From the NCBI GenBank assembly GCA_942492995.1, contig OW818653.1, forward strand, positions 1,530,001-1,562,000: DNA of 32,000 bases, read 5' to 3'. This document shows positions 1-9,671 of the stretch, in pieces. The translations under genes and the position numbers were made by a program. The stretch comes from an uncultured Erysipelotrichaceae bacterium. Its GTDB lineage: Bacteria > Bacillota_I > Bacilli_A > Erysipelotrichales > Erysipelotrichaceae. Numbering within the stretch: the first letter of the stretch is position 1; each line of letters opens with the position of its first letter. The notes below the pieces were generated by a model. That model ran no database searches. It was not told the DNA's origin and saw only the letters and a list, made by a program, of their open reading frames with translations.

Positions 1-13
1 TTATAAAATAATT

Positions 14-40
14 AAGTGTTTCGCAAGAAACACTTTTTTT
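14..40 (+). terminator. Rho-independent terminator of an off-window upstream + strand gene
   Basis: Perfect 9-bp stem AAGTGTTTC (14-22) / GAAACACTT (27-35) with a GCAA loop, running into a T7 tract ending at 40. Confidence 0.75.
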
Positions 41-53
41 AACGCATCCTTAA

Positions 54-82
54 TTGACATTCGTATTTACTAACCTTAAAGT
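54..82 (+). promoter_or_regulatory. Sigma-A type promoter for the ABC transporter operon
   Basis: TTGACA (54-59), 17-bp spacer, TAAAGT (77-82). It lies about 24 nt upstream of the SD-preceded ATG106. Confidence 0.5.
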
Positions 83-105
83 AAGATATGAGTATTGGAG
101 GATTT

Positions 106-1020
106 ATGAAGCTCGAAGTAAAAGGCATAAATAAGAGTTTTTCTGGTAAACAAGTTTTACATGATGTCACATTCACAGTCACATCGGGTAAGGCAATGGG
201 ATTCTTGGGACGTAATGGAGCTGGTAAGACAACAACCATTCGTACATTAATGGATGTATTCAAGGCAGATAGTGGTGTGTTTATGTTGGATGGTAAACCA
301 TTTATACCAACTCATTATCGTGTTGGATATCTACCTGAAGAAAGAGGTTTATACGGAAAAGAAAAGATTTTAGAACAATTGATTTATTTCGCTACCCTAA
401 GAGGTGCTACACATAAAGAGGCTAAAGAGAGTGCAGAGTATTGGATAGAACGATTTGAATTGAGTTATGCGAAGAATCATAAGTTAGAGACATTATCAAA
501 AGGGAACCAACAAAAGATTCAGATTGCTCAATCATTATTGAATAATCCTGAGATTGTGATCTTAGATGAACCCTTTAGTGGATTAGACCCAGTAAACTCT
601 CAGATACTAAAAGATGTGATTATAGAATTAATCAATCAAGGAAAGTTAGTTATTTTCTCAAGTCATCAAATGAATTATGTCGAAGAGTTCTGTGATGAAA
701 TTACATTGATTGATAAAGGTAAAGTTATTCTAAGTGGTAACTTAAAAGAGATTAAATCTGATATGGGTCGAAGTCGTTTGCGTTTGAATGCGAGTAATTA
801 TTCAAGTGAAGAACTTATAAAATATCTTGATACGAACATACAAGACATTGAGTTAAGCCAAGATAAACATTCACTGATTATTGAATGTCTAAATAGTAAG
901 AGTAAGCAGGATTTACTTGAAGATTTAGTTAAGCACAAAATAGATATTGAACTCTTCACGCATTATGAACCTAGTCTAAACGATATCTTCGTAATGAAAG
1001 TAGGTGAAGAACATGCATAA
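106..1020 (+). CDS. ABC transporter ATP-binding protein (ABC-2 / NatA-YhaQ-like)
   Basis: The ORF opens at 88; I prefer ATG106 (MKLEVKG...) because GGAGG at 97-101 precedes it. Walker A GRNGAGKTT, signature-like LSKGNQQK, Walker B IVILDEPFSGLD, H-loop SSHQM. The C-terminal extension is typical of ABC-2 type ATPases. Confidence 0.93.
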   Translation: MKLEVKGINKSFSGKQVLHDVTFTVTSGKAMGFLGRNGAGKTTTIRTLMDVFKADSGVFMLDGKPFIPTHYRVGYLPEERGLYGKEKILEQLIYFATLRGATHKEAKESAEYWIERFELSYAKNHKLETLSKGNQQKIQIAQSLLNNPEIVILDEPFSGLDPVNSQILKDVIIELINQGKLVIFSSHQMNYVEEFCDEITLIDKGKVILSGNLKEIKSDMGRSRLRLNASNYSSEELIKYLDTNIQDIELSQDKHSLIIECLNSKSKQDLLEDLVKHKIDIELFTHYEPSLNDIFVMKVGEEHA

Positions 1021-2260
1021 TGTATTCAAAGTATTAAAGTTTGAATTACAAAGTATCTTAAATAAGAAAGCGGTTCAAGTCACAACACTGATTATGTGTA
1101 TTGTGGTAGTGATTGCGACAAGTATTCCTACCTTAATGGAAATGTTTTCATCCGATGAACCAAGTGATACTGAGAATGAGGTTGGCATGAGTGTTGAAGA
1201 TTTAGGGTTTATGACAAAGAGTGAGTTTGTTTCAATTGATACATTAACTGTTTATTTCGGGAATGATTTAAATGTTTATACAAGTGAAGCTGATTTACGT
1301 AGTGATGTCGAGAATGGTGTTATAAATAACGGTTATATTATAGAAGATACGCAAACAATTCGTAGTATCGTTCAGAATAAAGGGATGTATAGTTCTACGG
1401 ATCAAATGATGATATCTATCCTACAAAGAATTCAACGGGATAAATCATTTGCGGAATTAGGCATTGATCCTATGGTTGTGGATACATTATCCAACACACC
1501 GATTACACTTCATGAAGAAGTCTTAGGTAAAGATGCACAATCAAGTTTCTTGATTTCGTATATCTTAATGTTTGCGGTGTATATGTTGGTTATCATGTAT
1601 GGTTCGTTTGTATCAACGTCTGTAGCACGTGAAAAAGATAATCGTACAATGGAAATACTAATCACATCCACTCAACCGAGTGCATTGATTATTGGTAAAG
1701 TACTCGCGAATGCGATTGGTGGATTAGCACAATTCTCCGTTATATTAGCGGCTGGATTTATTGGTTATTTTATTAATCAAGCTAATTATCCTGAGTTTAT
1801 TACTTCGATGTTATTTACTGGATTATCGTGGGATTCGATTGTTATATTCTTGATCTTTACCGCAATTGGTTATTTATTGTACTTATTCTTATATGCATCA
1901 CTTGGTTCTTTGGTCTCTAAAGTTGAAGATGTTGGGTCTTCAGTTACACCAATCACATTACTCTTCATGGTAGCGTATATAACAGCTTCTGTAGGGATTA
2001 ATGCGCCTACCAATATATTCGTTAAGATTGGATCGTTTGTCCCATTTGTGGCGATTCTTGCGATGCCTATACGTTATTTCTTAACATCTGTTCCATTAAT
2101 TGAGTTAGTTATATCGATGACATTAATGATTCTAACAAGTTTAGGATTAGCCTTCTTATCTATTAAGATTTATCGCTTAGGATCGCTTAGTTATGGCAAT
2201 AAGTTTGGATTAGTTAAAGCATTAAAGCTAATCTTTGCGAAAGATAATATCGATGTATAA
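1013..2260 (+). CDS. ABC-2 family transporter permease (NatB/YhaP-like)
   Basis: The ORF opens at GTG1004; ATG1013 follows AGGTGA (1002-1007) and overlaps the upstream stop, suggesting translational coupling. It has an N-terminal TM helix, a roughly 150-aa hydrophilic loop, then 5-6 TM helices. It is paired with the ATPase. Confidence 0.88.
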   Translation: MHNVFKVLKFELQSILNKKAVQVTTLIMCIVVVIATSIPTLMEMFSSDEPSDTENEVGMSVEDLGFMTKSEFVSIDTLTVYFGNDLNVYTSEADLRSDVENGVINNGYIIEDTQTIRSIVQNKGMYSSTDQMMISILQRIQRDKSFAELGIDPMVVDTLSNTPITLHEEVLGKDAQSSFLISYILMFAVYMLVIMYGSFVSTSVAREKDNRTMEILITSTQPSALIIGKVLANAIGGLAQFSVILAAGFIGYFINQANYPEFITSMLFTGLSWDSIVIFLIFTAIGYLLYLFLYASLGSLVSKVEDVGSSVTPITLLFMVAYITASVGINAPTNIFVKIGSFVPFVAILAMPIRYFLTSVPLIELVISMTLMILTSLGLAFLSIKIYRLGSLSYGNKFGLVKALKLIFAKDNIDV

Positions 2261-2261
2261 G

Positions 2262-2284
2262 AAAAGGAGAAATTTCTCCTTTTT
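2262..2284. terminator. Palindromic hairpin, probable bidirectional terminator between convergent genes
   Basis: Perfect 22-nt palindrome AAAAGGAGAAA|TTTCTCCTTTT (2262-2283). It has A-run and T-run flanks on both strands and sits between the permease stop (2260) and the abiEii stop (2326). Confidence 0.5.
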
Positions 2285-2325
2285 GATTGTTTACAGGATT
2301 ACCCAAGTCTAATTAGTATATTTAA

Positions 2326-3138
2326 CTAATCGTTTCTCATTCTTTCAAAGAAACTGATAATTCTACTAAAGATAATCAGATTATCTTCATCGATCCATTT
2401 TTTATCAGATGAAGTCAGTCTTTTTATATATTGTTTATCATTAAAAATTGAATTTAATCTTGTGATGATATTTTCAATTTTGTTTTCTTTCATTCCTTCA
2501 TCTTGAAATATATAAATTTCTAAACACTCCTTTAGTTTAAAATAATCAGTCTTATTTAATAGATAATAAATATCGAATAGATCTTTATATCTTGTGGAGA
2601 ATGTTCCAAATTTTAATAGTGAACGCAATTTTTCAACAAGTATTTGTTCATTTGAATTAATCAGAAGTCTTACCCCTTCATCATGCATAGATATGTCAAA
2701 ACAATATTCTTCTTGTTCAATCTCAATCTTTTTGTGAACTCCAATATCTATTTTGCTTATTAATTGATTACCTTCAGAATCAATAATTTTAATATGAACT
2801 CTTTTGCCATTGTATTCTTGTTGATTTAGCTCTTCTATATTCCCAATTTTAATAAAAGATATTTCCTCGATACAATTTAATTCATTTATAAATCTATCAA
2901 TCGATTCATTTGATAATGAGTATTTAATAAAATCGATATCCAAATCTTGTGTAGCTCTTCGTGTGTTTTTTGTTTTACTACGCATTACTACACCCCCTTT
3001 GATTGTCACATTTCTCTTTAAAGAACTGTTATTTACCGCAATGAGCAGTAAGTCCTGACTAACTTTTGAAATCGCATTCGTTTCGTTATAACCATTCGAT
3101 TTTTCATGTTCAATTAATTCTGGAATTCTTTTTCTCAT
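2326..3138 (-). CDS. abiEii: AbiEii/AbiGii-family nucleotidyltransferase toxin (DUF1814), type IV TA / abortive infection
   Basis: 270 aa. NTase motifs TIKGGVVMR, QDLDIDF and KIDIGV, plus the C-terminal EKLRSLL...RYKDLFDIYYLL, match the AbiEii family pattern. Its ATG overlaps the abiEi TGA (ATGA at 3135-3138). Confidence 0.85.
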   Translation of the reverse strand: MRKRIPELIEHEKSNGYNETNAISKVSQDLLLIAVNNSSLKRNVTIKGGVVMRSKTKNTRRATQDLDIDFIKYSLSNESIDRFINELNCIEEISFIKIGNIEELNQQEYNGKRVHIKIIDSEGNQLISKIDIGVHKKIEIEQEEYCFDISMHDEGVRLLINSNEQILVEKLRSLLKFGTFSTRYKDLFDIYYLLNKTDYFKLKECLEIYIFQDEGMKENKIENIITRLNSIFNDKQYIKRLTSSDKKWIDEDNLIIFSRIISFFERMRND

Positions 3139-3677
3139 AATACTTCCAATTGAAGAACATCAAGAACCATATTCTTTTTAGGTAAACAATTCGCATATTC
3201 TTGAATTGTTTGTATTTCTAACTCGTTAATAATCTTTCTAAAGTTTAATAAAACTTCTTTGTAATAATCAAACGGGAGCGTATTTTTGTTTCTAATTAGT
3301 TCAATCAGTAACCGTTCCTTATTATAAATCCTAATATTCGTATTATTGTAGTTCAAAGTAGTTAATCCTAACTCAATTTCTGATGTATTTTCGAATATTT
3401 GCTTAACCCTTTTGTCTTTAATTCCTTTTGTGCTTGAAGCTGTTAATAAGTAATAGTAGTTTGGAATTACATCAGTTAAACCATGATAATAAAATGCACT
3501 ATTTAAAGTAAATATAGCTTTTGGATATTTAAAAGAAATAATAGATATCTCAGAAACATATTTTTCATTTGAATATATGCCTTCTTCAATTTTATAAATT
3601 TTTTCTTCTCTAATGCCTTTTTTTAACATGTAACTAGACCCAAAGATTTCCATACTTTGTTTATACGTGTACAACAT
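3135..3677 (-). CDS. abiEi: AbiEi-family antitoxin / transcriptional autoregulator
   Basis: The ORF opens at GTG3692; ATG3677 is preceded by AAAGGAGAA (3681-3689). The N-terminal segment ...LKKGIREEKIYKIEEGIYS... and ...LNSAFYYHGLTDVIP... fit the AbiEi_4 antitoxin domain pattern. It lies immediately upstream of abiEii and is coupled to it. Confidence 0.8.
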   Translation of the reverse strand: MLYTYKQSMEIFGSSYMLKKGIREEKIYKIEEGIYSNEKYVSEISIISFKYPKAIFTLNSAFYYHGLTDVIPNYYYLLTASSTKGIKDKRVKQIFENTSEIELGLTTLNYNNTNIRIYNKERLLIELIRNKNTLPFDYYKEVLLNFRKIINELEIQTIQEYANCLPKKNMVLDVLQLEVL

Positions 3678-3747
3678 AATTTCTCCTTTCACTTTTGATA
3701 TTCAACCAAATGACTGTATTATGTGTTTTTTTACATACCTTTAGTTT

Positions 3748-3776
3748 ATTTTAGTATATGATTGTATATATGTCAA
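3748..3776 (-). promoter_or_regulatory. Sigma-A type promoter of the abiEi-abiEii operon
   Basis: On the minus strand: TTGACA (3776-3771), 17-bp spacer, TAAAAT (3753-3748). The spacer holds two GTATAT copies (+ strand 3754-3759 and 3764-3769), one helical turn apart. Confidence 0.6.
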
Positions 3777-3801
3777 AGTTTATAAATTAAAAGTAGATAA
3801 T

Positions 3802-3842
3802 AAAAAACTCTTTATATCGTACTTATACGTTAATAAAGAGTT
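3802..3842 (-). terminator. Rho-independent terminator downstream of lysS
   Basis: On the minus strand: AACTCTTTAT (3842-3833) pairs with ATAAAGAGTT (3815-3806), with an inner CGTA/TACG extension. A T6 tract follows (+ strand A-run 3802-3807). Confidence 0.6.
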
Positions 3843-3862
3843 AAGCTAACTTAATTAATTTA

Positions 3863-5353
3863 CTAGTCTCTATGTCTCATGTGTGGGAATAAGATAACTT
3901 CACGAATGGTTTCAGAGTTCGTTAACAACATCACCAATCGATCAATCCCAATACCTAATCCGCCTGTAGGAGGCATACCATATTCAAGTGATTCTACGAA
4001 ATCAACATCCATTTCATTGGCTTCATCATTTCCTAGATCTTTTTCTTTCATCTGTTCTTCGAAACGTTCTCTTTGATCAATTGGATCATTTAATTCAGAG
4101 AAAGCATTTGCGTATTCACGACCATCAATGAAGAGTTCAAAACGATCAGTGAATCGAGGATCATCCGCGTTTTTCTTCGCTAATGGAGATATTTCAATTG
4201 GATGTCCATAGACAAACGTTGGTTGAATCATTGCCTTTTCTGCGAAATGTTCGAAGAATAAGTTTAAGATATGACCGAAAGATTGTTGGTGCTTAAGAAC
4301 GGTTATATGATTTTCTTTCGCAACTTTTAGTGCTTCTTCAAGCGTTGTAATCTTAAAGAAATCAACTCCACATGTTTCTTTAACCGCATCAACCATATGA
4401 ACTCTACGGTAAGGGCCTTTAAGTTCAATTGTTTTATCTGCCCAAGGAACTTCAGTTTTACCCAGTGTTTCTAATGCGACCGATTCGATACAATTTTCAA
4501 TAACTTCCATCATACCTGGCATATCGGAATACGCTAAATAAGCTTCTACTGTTGTGAATTCAGGATTATGTTTAGGACTCATGCCTTCATTACGGAATAA
4601 ACGACCGATTTCATACACACCTTCAAGACCACCGACGATTAATCGCTTTAGAGGTAGCTCAGTTGCGATTCTAAGGTAGAAGTCCATATCTAAGGTATTG
4701 TGATGAGTTGTGAAAGGACGTGCAGCTGCACCCCCTAGAATAGGTTGTAGTACAGGTGTTTCAACTTCAATCATGCCTAAACCATCAAAGTAGTGTTGAA
4801 GGGCACGAATGATTCTTGGACGCAACATCGCAACTCTACGTGCGTTTTCATTCACGATTAAATCAACATAACGTCTACGATAACGTTCTTCCACATCCGC
4901 TAAACCATGATATTTATCAGGAAGTGGACGAAGTGCTTTCGTTAAATGGGTTAATTTCTCAGCTTTGATGGATAATTCTCCATGATTCGTTCTAAAAACA
5001 TGACCTTCAATCCCAACGATATCTCCAAGATCCGCTTCAGTAAAGACTTCAAACTCTATTTCCGAAATTGAATCTTTACGTACATAAACTTGTATTTGAC
5101 CATCACGATCCAATAGGTTCATAAAACCAGCTTTACCCATTTCACGTTTAGTCATAATACGTCCTGCAATAATGACATGTTCATTGATTTCAGCTAATTC
5201 TTCTTTTGTGTTATGTTCAAACTTATTAAGAATCTCTAAACTATGGTGCGTACGTTTAAAAGCTGCCCCAAATGGTTCAATTCCTTTATCCTTCAACGCC
5301 TTCATTTTCTCGCGTCTTATAAGCTCATATTCATTTAATGTTAAATCTTCCAT
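3863..5353 (-). CDS. lysS: Lysine--tRNA ligase (class II)
   Basis: 496 aa, full length. N-terminal OB anticodon-binding domain and class II core motifs (e.g. FRNEG, GGLGIGIDRLVMLL). SD GAGGT sits inside the dusB 3' end. Confidence 0.98.
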   Translation of the reverse strand: MEDLTLNEYELIRREKMKALKDKGIEPFGAAFKRTHHSLEILNKFEHNTKEELAEINEHVIIAGRIMTKREMGKAGFMNLLDRDGQIQVYVRKDSISEIEFEVFTEADLGDIVGIEGHVFRTNHGELSIKAEKLTHLTKALRPLPDKYHGLADVEERYRRRYVDLIVNENARRVAMLRPRIIRALQHYFDGLGMIEVETPVLQPILGGAAARPFTTHHNTLDMDFYLRIATELPLKRLIVGGLEGVYEIGRLFRNEGMSPKHNPEFTTVEAYLAYSDMPGMMEVIENCIESVALETLGKTEVPWADKTIELKGPYRRVHMVDAVKETCGVDFFKITTLEEALKVAKENHITVLKHQQSFGHILNLFFEHFAEKAMIQPTFVYGHPIEISPLAKKNADDPRFTDRFELFIDGREYANAFSELNDPIDQRERFEEQMKEKDLGNDEANEMDVDFVESLEYGMPPTGGLGIGIDRLVMLLTNSETIREVILFPHMRHRD

Positions 5354-5355
5354 TT

Positions 5356-6339
5356 TTACCTCGTCGACTCAGAAACAATTGAGTCGTAATAATCCTTTAA
5401 TATTCTATCAAATTCATGAAAACTTTTCATCTGTGTAATTAAGTCTTTTACTTTATGACTGTTTGGAAGACCTTTAAGATACCAACTTAAGTGACTTCGC
5501 ATCTCTTTTAAGGCAATATCTTCACCTTTTAAGTCAATTAATTTTAACGCATGTTTGCGCGCACAATCAAATCGATCAATCAGTGATAATCCTTCTGTAT
5601 TATTTCCTTTTAATCCTTCAATCAATTCATGGACTAACCAAGGTTGACCTAAGATACCACGACCTATCATAACTGCGTCACAATTAGTATACTCTAATAC
5701 CCATTTAGCTTTATCAACACTTGTAATATCCCCATTGGCTATAATAGGTATGTTTGCGTTTTCTTTGACTTGTTTGATTAATTCAAAGCTCGCATCGCCA
5801 CTATACATTTGAGCACGTGTTCTTCCATGAATCGCAATTGCGCTAGCACCTGCTAATTCTAAACCTTTAGCCATTTCGAGTACATTCTTTGTTTTATCAT
5901 CCCAACCTAAGCGTATTTTAACTGTAACAGGTTTCTTAACATTTCGTACAACTTCTTCTACAATCTTAAACGCTAATTCAGGTGTTTTCATGAGTGATGC
6001 ACCACCTGAACCTTTCACAATCTTAGGGACAGGACATCCCATATTAATATCAATGATATCGCAATTTGTCTCATTATCTAAGTAGATGGCGGCTTTTACC
6101 ATCGAATCCACATCTTCCCCAAAGAGTTGAAGCGCAATAGGATGTTCATCCTCATAGACTTGCGTCATTTCGATTGTCTTAATATTTTTATAAACGATCG
6201 CTTTGTCCGATATCATCTCACTGTAGATAAGTGCTGGTTTATATTGAGCCACAATCGAACGAAAAGCTGGATTACTAACTCCAGCCATTGGCGCAATTAC
6301 GATTTGATTGTCAAATTCGATATCTCTAATTTTCCACAT
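5356..6339 (-). CDS. dusB: tRNA-dihydrouridine synthase B
   Basis: 327 aa. Dus TIM-barrel signature APMAGVSN...DINMGCP...HGRTR. The start overlaps the hslO stop by 1 nt (TAATG). Confidence 0.95.
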   Translation of the reverse strand: MWKIRDIEFDNQIVIAPMAGVSNPAFRSIVAQYKPALIYSEMISDKAIVYKNIKTIEMTQVYEDEHPIALQLFGEDVDSMVKAAIYLDNETNCDIIDINMGCPVPKIVKGSGGASLMKTPELAFKIVEEVVRNVKKPVTVKIRLGWDDKTKNVLEMAKGLELAGASAIAIHGRTRAQMYSGDASFELIKQVKENANIPIIANGDITSVDKAKWVLEYTNCDAVMIGRGILGQPWLVHELIEGLKGNNTEGLSLIDRFDCARKHALKLIDLKGEDIALKEMRSHLSWYLKGLPNSHKVKDLITQMKSFHEFDRILKDYYDSIVSESTR

Positions 6340-7208
6340 TAACTCTTATTTAGAATTGAATTCAATTCATCCTCACTAAAATGATACGTAGAGTTACAGA
6401 AGTGACATGTAATCTCTGTTCCATGATCTTCATGAATCATTGACTTAATCTCATCTTTTGCGACAGTTGATAAAGCTTCAAACATACGATCACGACTACA
6501 ACTACATTTGAATTGAACTGTACTCATGCCTAATACCTCAACGTCTTGGAATAAGCTTTCGATTAAACTGGTTGGGGTAAATCCTTCATGGATTAATTGT
6601 GATATTGGTTTAAGATGCTTAACGACATCTTCCGCAATTAAGATATCTGTTTCAGTCGCATTTGGCATAAGTTGGATTAATATTCCACCCGCTGATACAA
6701 CTTCACTATTTTCATTAACTAATACACCGAGTGATACTGCAGAAGGTGTTTGTTCACTTAATGTGAAGTAATATGCGAAATCTTCCGCAATTTCTCCCGT
6801 TTGAAGTTGAACAGTTCCTGTAAAATCATCTTTTAAACTTAAATCTTTAATAACTCTAAGCGTTCCATCATTCCCAACAGCTGCCCCAACATCAAGCTTC
6901 TTAGTCTTTTCATTCATAATATGTACTTCTGGATTTGCGACAAATCCTCGTACTTCACAATTACTGTTCGCATCTACGAGTATGGTTCCTAATGGTCCAC
7001 CCCCATTGATTTGAATCATAACTTTTTCTTTGTCCGACTTTAACATCGAACCTAAAATAGCACCCATTGTTAGAGTACGTCCTAAAGCTGCAGAAGCGGT
7101 TGGATAGGTACGATGTCTTTCACACGCTTCTTTTACCGTATTGGTCGTATCTACCACAATAATTCTTATCGCACCTTCATGTGCTAATCCTTTTATTAAT
7201 GTATCCAT
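6339..7208 (-). CDS. hslO: Hsp33 redox-regulated chaperone
   Basis: 289 aa. C-terminal zinc/redox switch CSCS...CHFC and the Hsp33 N-terminal pattern MDTLIKGLAHEGAIRI. Confidence 0.95.
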   Translation of the reverse strand: MDTLIKGLAHEGAIRIIVVDTTNTVKEACERHRTYPTASAALGRTLTMGAILGSMLKSDKEKVMIQINGGGPLGTILVDANSNCEVRGFVANPEVHIMNEKTKKLDVGAAVGNDGTLRVIKDLSLKDDFTGTVQLQTGEIAEDFAYYFTLSEQTPSAVSLGVLVNENSEVVSAGGILIQLMPNATETDILIAEDVVKHLKPISQLIHEGFTPTSLIESLFQDVEVLGMSTVQFKCSCSRDRMFEALSTVAKDEIKSMIHEDHGTEITCHFCNSTYHFSEDELNSILNKS

Positions 7209-7221
7209 AGTTCTCTTTTCA

Positions 7222-7246
7222 CAAAAAACCCCTGATTTCAGGGGTT
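7222..7246 (-). terminator. Rho-independent terminator overlapping the ftsH stop codon
   Basis: On the minus strand: AACCCCTGA (7246-7238) / TCAGGGGTT (7235-7227), then TTTTG. The hslO ATG (7208) lies only 18 nt after the stem. Confidence 0.7.
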
Positions 7247-9095
7247 AAGCTCCAACAACAGGAGCTGAATCATTGTATGCACGTCCCTCAACAATGTTCT
7301 GAATATTTTCAGATGTTAAGGTTTCGAACTCTAATAATGCGTCCACAAGGCGATCCATCAATTCACGATTTTCCTGAATTAATCGTTTAGCATGATCATA
7401 CGCCTCATCGATAATTCTACGAACTTCTTTATCAATTTCAAACGCAATTTGTCCAGAGTAATTGCTTGAATTACTATAATCTCTACCTAAGAATACGTTT
7501 CCACCACTATGTTCATATTGGATAGGACCTAAATCACTCATACCATAAGACATAACCATTTCACGCGCAATCTTCGTGGCACGTTCAATATCTGAAGAAG
7601 CACCAGTAGATATTTCATTAAACACGATCGCCTCCGCAACACGACCACCTAATAAACCAGTAATCTTCGCAGATAAATCGGTCTTCGTTAACATAAATTT
7701 CTCTTCACGAGGCGTCATCAAGTTATATCCACCCGCTTGTCCACGAGGGATAATCGTAACTTTTTGAACCATATCAGATGATTCAAGTTTTAAACCTACG
7801 ATTGTATGACCAACTTCATGATACGCAACTAAGCGTTTTTCACGATCACTATAGATCTTAGATTTCTTAGCAGGTCCACCCATAACACGGTCGATTGCCT
7901 CATCTAAGTGAGCCATTGTGATAACTTCTGCACTTTCACGAACCGCTAAGATAGCCGCTTCATTCAATACGTTTTCTAAATCAGCTCCACTAAATCCAGG
8001 CGTACGTTTTGCCAAAGCATTTAGATCAACTGAAGTATCTAATTTCTTATTACGTGCATGAACTTTTAAAATCGCTTCACGACCTCTACGGTCAGGTAAA
8101 CTTACAGTAATTTGACGATCGAAACGACCAGGTCTTAATAATGCCGGGTCAAGTACATCTGGACGGTTTGTCGCAGCGACAATCACAACGCCAGAATTAT
8201 CTTGAATACCATCCATTTCAACTAGTAATTGGTTAAGTGTTTGTTCACGTTCATCATGTCCACCACCTAAACCAGTTCCTCTTTGACGACCAACCGCATC
8301 AATTTCATCGATAAATATAATACAAGGTGCAGTTGCTTGAGCACGTTTAAACATATCACGTACACGACTTGCCCCAACCCCTACAAACATTTCTACGAAA
8401 TCAGAACCAGAAATTGAATAGAATGGCACTTCTGCTTCACCCGCTACAGCTTTCGCTAATAAGGTTTTACCAGTACCTGGAGCCCCTACCATAAGTACAC
8501 CCTTAGGTATACGCGCACCCATTTTCGCAAATTTCTTTGGATTCTTTAGGTACTCGATAAGTTCTTGCATCTCTTCTTTTTCTTCATCACAACCAGCCAC
8601 ATCTTCAAAACGCACTTTTATTGCGCCTTCAAGTTTAGCTTTAGATTTACCAAATTCAAACGCTTTATTGTTATTTCCACCATTCATACGGGATAACATA
8701 AAGAATGCGAATCCACCGAAAATTAATAATGGTCCGACACTACCCACAAAATCCCAGAATGGGTTTGTTTCATAGGCATCAATAATGGTAACTTCACCAC
8801 TCTTCGCATTGATTAATTCGACAATCGTATTATTTTGAAATTCTGTATTAGGTACAGTTAAAGTATACGGTGTTTCTGTACCCTTTGAATCTTCATAAAT
8901 ACCTTCAATGGATAATACAACTTCACTTACTGTTACACTACTACTTACGACTTGTTCTTTGTTTAATAGATCAACATATTCTTGATAGGTAATATCCGTA
9001 TCAACATTGCCGATATTCATAAACATTAAACTCATTACCGCTACCATCACAAAGATATATGGGATTAGTGCGGCTAATTGTTTATTGTTTTTCAT
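7245..9095 (-). CDS. ftsH: ATP-dependent zinc metalloprotease FtsH
   Basis: 616 aa. Two N-terminal TM helices, AAA+ Walker A GAPGTGKT, Walker [12 protein letters not shown] region, and HEVGH zinc motif. SD AGGAGTG. Confidence 0.98.
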   Translation of the reverse strand: MKNNKQLAALIPYIFVMVAVMSLMFMNIGNVDTDITYQEYVDLLNKEQVVSSSVTVSEVVLSIEGIYEDSKGTETPYTLTVPNTEFQNNTIVELINAKSGEVTIIDAYETNPFWDFVGSVGPLLIFGGFAFFMLSRMNGGNNNKAFEFGKSKAKLEGAIKVRFEDVAGCDEEKEEMQELIEYLKNPKKFAKMGARIPKGVLMVGAPGTGKTLLAKAVAGEAEVPFYSISGSDFVEMFVGVGASRVRDMFKRAQATAPCIIFIDEIDAVGRQRGTGLGGGHDEREQTLNQLLVEMDGIQDNSGVVIVAATNRPDVLDPALLRPGRFDRQITVSLPDRRGREAILKVHARNKKLDTSVDLNALAKRTPGFSGADLENVLNEAAILAVRESAEVITMAHLDEAIDRVMGGPAKKSKIYSDREKRLVAYHEVGHTIVGLKLESSDMVQKVTIIPRGQAGGYNLMTPREEKFMLTKTDLSAKITGLLGGRVAEAIVFNEISTGASSDIERATKIAREMVMSYGMSDLGPIQYEHSGGNVFLGRDYSNSSNYSGQIAFEIDKEVRRIIDEAYDHAKRLIQENRELMDRLVDALLEFETLTSENIQNIVEGRAYNDSAPVVGA

Positions 9096-9112
9096 GAAAA
9101 CTTACACTCCTT

Positions 9113-9652
9113 TTATAAATAACATTCGTCTTTTAATACACCTACATAAGGCAGGTTACGATATTTTTCGTTAAAATCTAAACCAAAACCAATAACGAAC
9201 TCATTTGGAATCGTAAATCCAACATAATCCGCATCAATTTGTACAACACGACGAGTTGGTTTATCTAAAAGACTTACAATACGTAATCTTTCACAACCCT
9301 TGTTTTCTAATAATTCTTTTACTGAATTTAGTGTTCTTCCTGTATCGACGATATCTTCCACAAGTAGAATTGATTCACCTTTAATGGAACGATCTAAGTC
9401 CTTGATGATACGAACATCCCCAATGGACTCAGTACCTTCATAACTAGACACATCCATAAAGTCGATTTCTACATCTAAATCAATATAAGGCATTAACTTC
9501 GCTAAGAAAGGAACGGATCCCTTTAAAAGAGAAACTAAAATAGGAACTTCACCAAGTTCTAAATACTCTTTTGTGATTTGTGCTCCAAGTTCTTTACAAC
9601 GTTGATCGATTTCTTCACTTGATACTAATACTTTTTTTACATCTTTATGCAT
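9113..9652 (-). CDS. hpt: Hypoxanthine phosphoribosyltransferase
   Basis: The ORF opens at 9664; ATG9652 (MHKDVKK...) follows GGAGG by 5 nt. PRPP-binding motif ILLVEDIVDTGRT. Confidence 0.95.
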   Translation of the reverse strand: MHKDVKKVLVSSEEIDQRCKELGAQITKEYLELGEVPILVSLLKGSVPFLAKLMPYIDLDVEIDFMDVSSYEGTESIGDVRIIKDLDRSIKGESILLVEDIVDTGRTLNSVKELLENKGCERLRIVSLLDKPTRRVVQIDADYVGFTIPNEFVIGFGLDFNEKYRNLPYVGVLKDECYL

Positions 9653-9671
9653 AAAAGCCTCCATAATACGC

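Noticed and set aside
39-263. 74-aa minus-strand ORF overlapping the 5' end of the ABC ATPase gene
   Set aside because: It is antisense to a well-supported conserved CDS and spans that gene's promoter and terminator region. It has no SD and a low-complexity translation, so it is a shadow ORF.
2313-3759. 9-bp direct repeat TTAGTATAT (2313-2321 and 3751-3759) flanking the abiE genes as possible insertion target duplication
   Set aside because: A 9-mer match between two AT-rich spacers is expected fairly often by chance. The right copy also lies inside the abiE promoter spacer, so it would cut the cassette off from its own -35.
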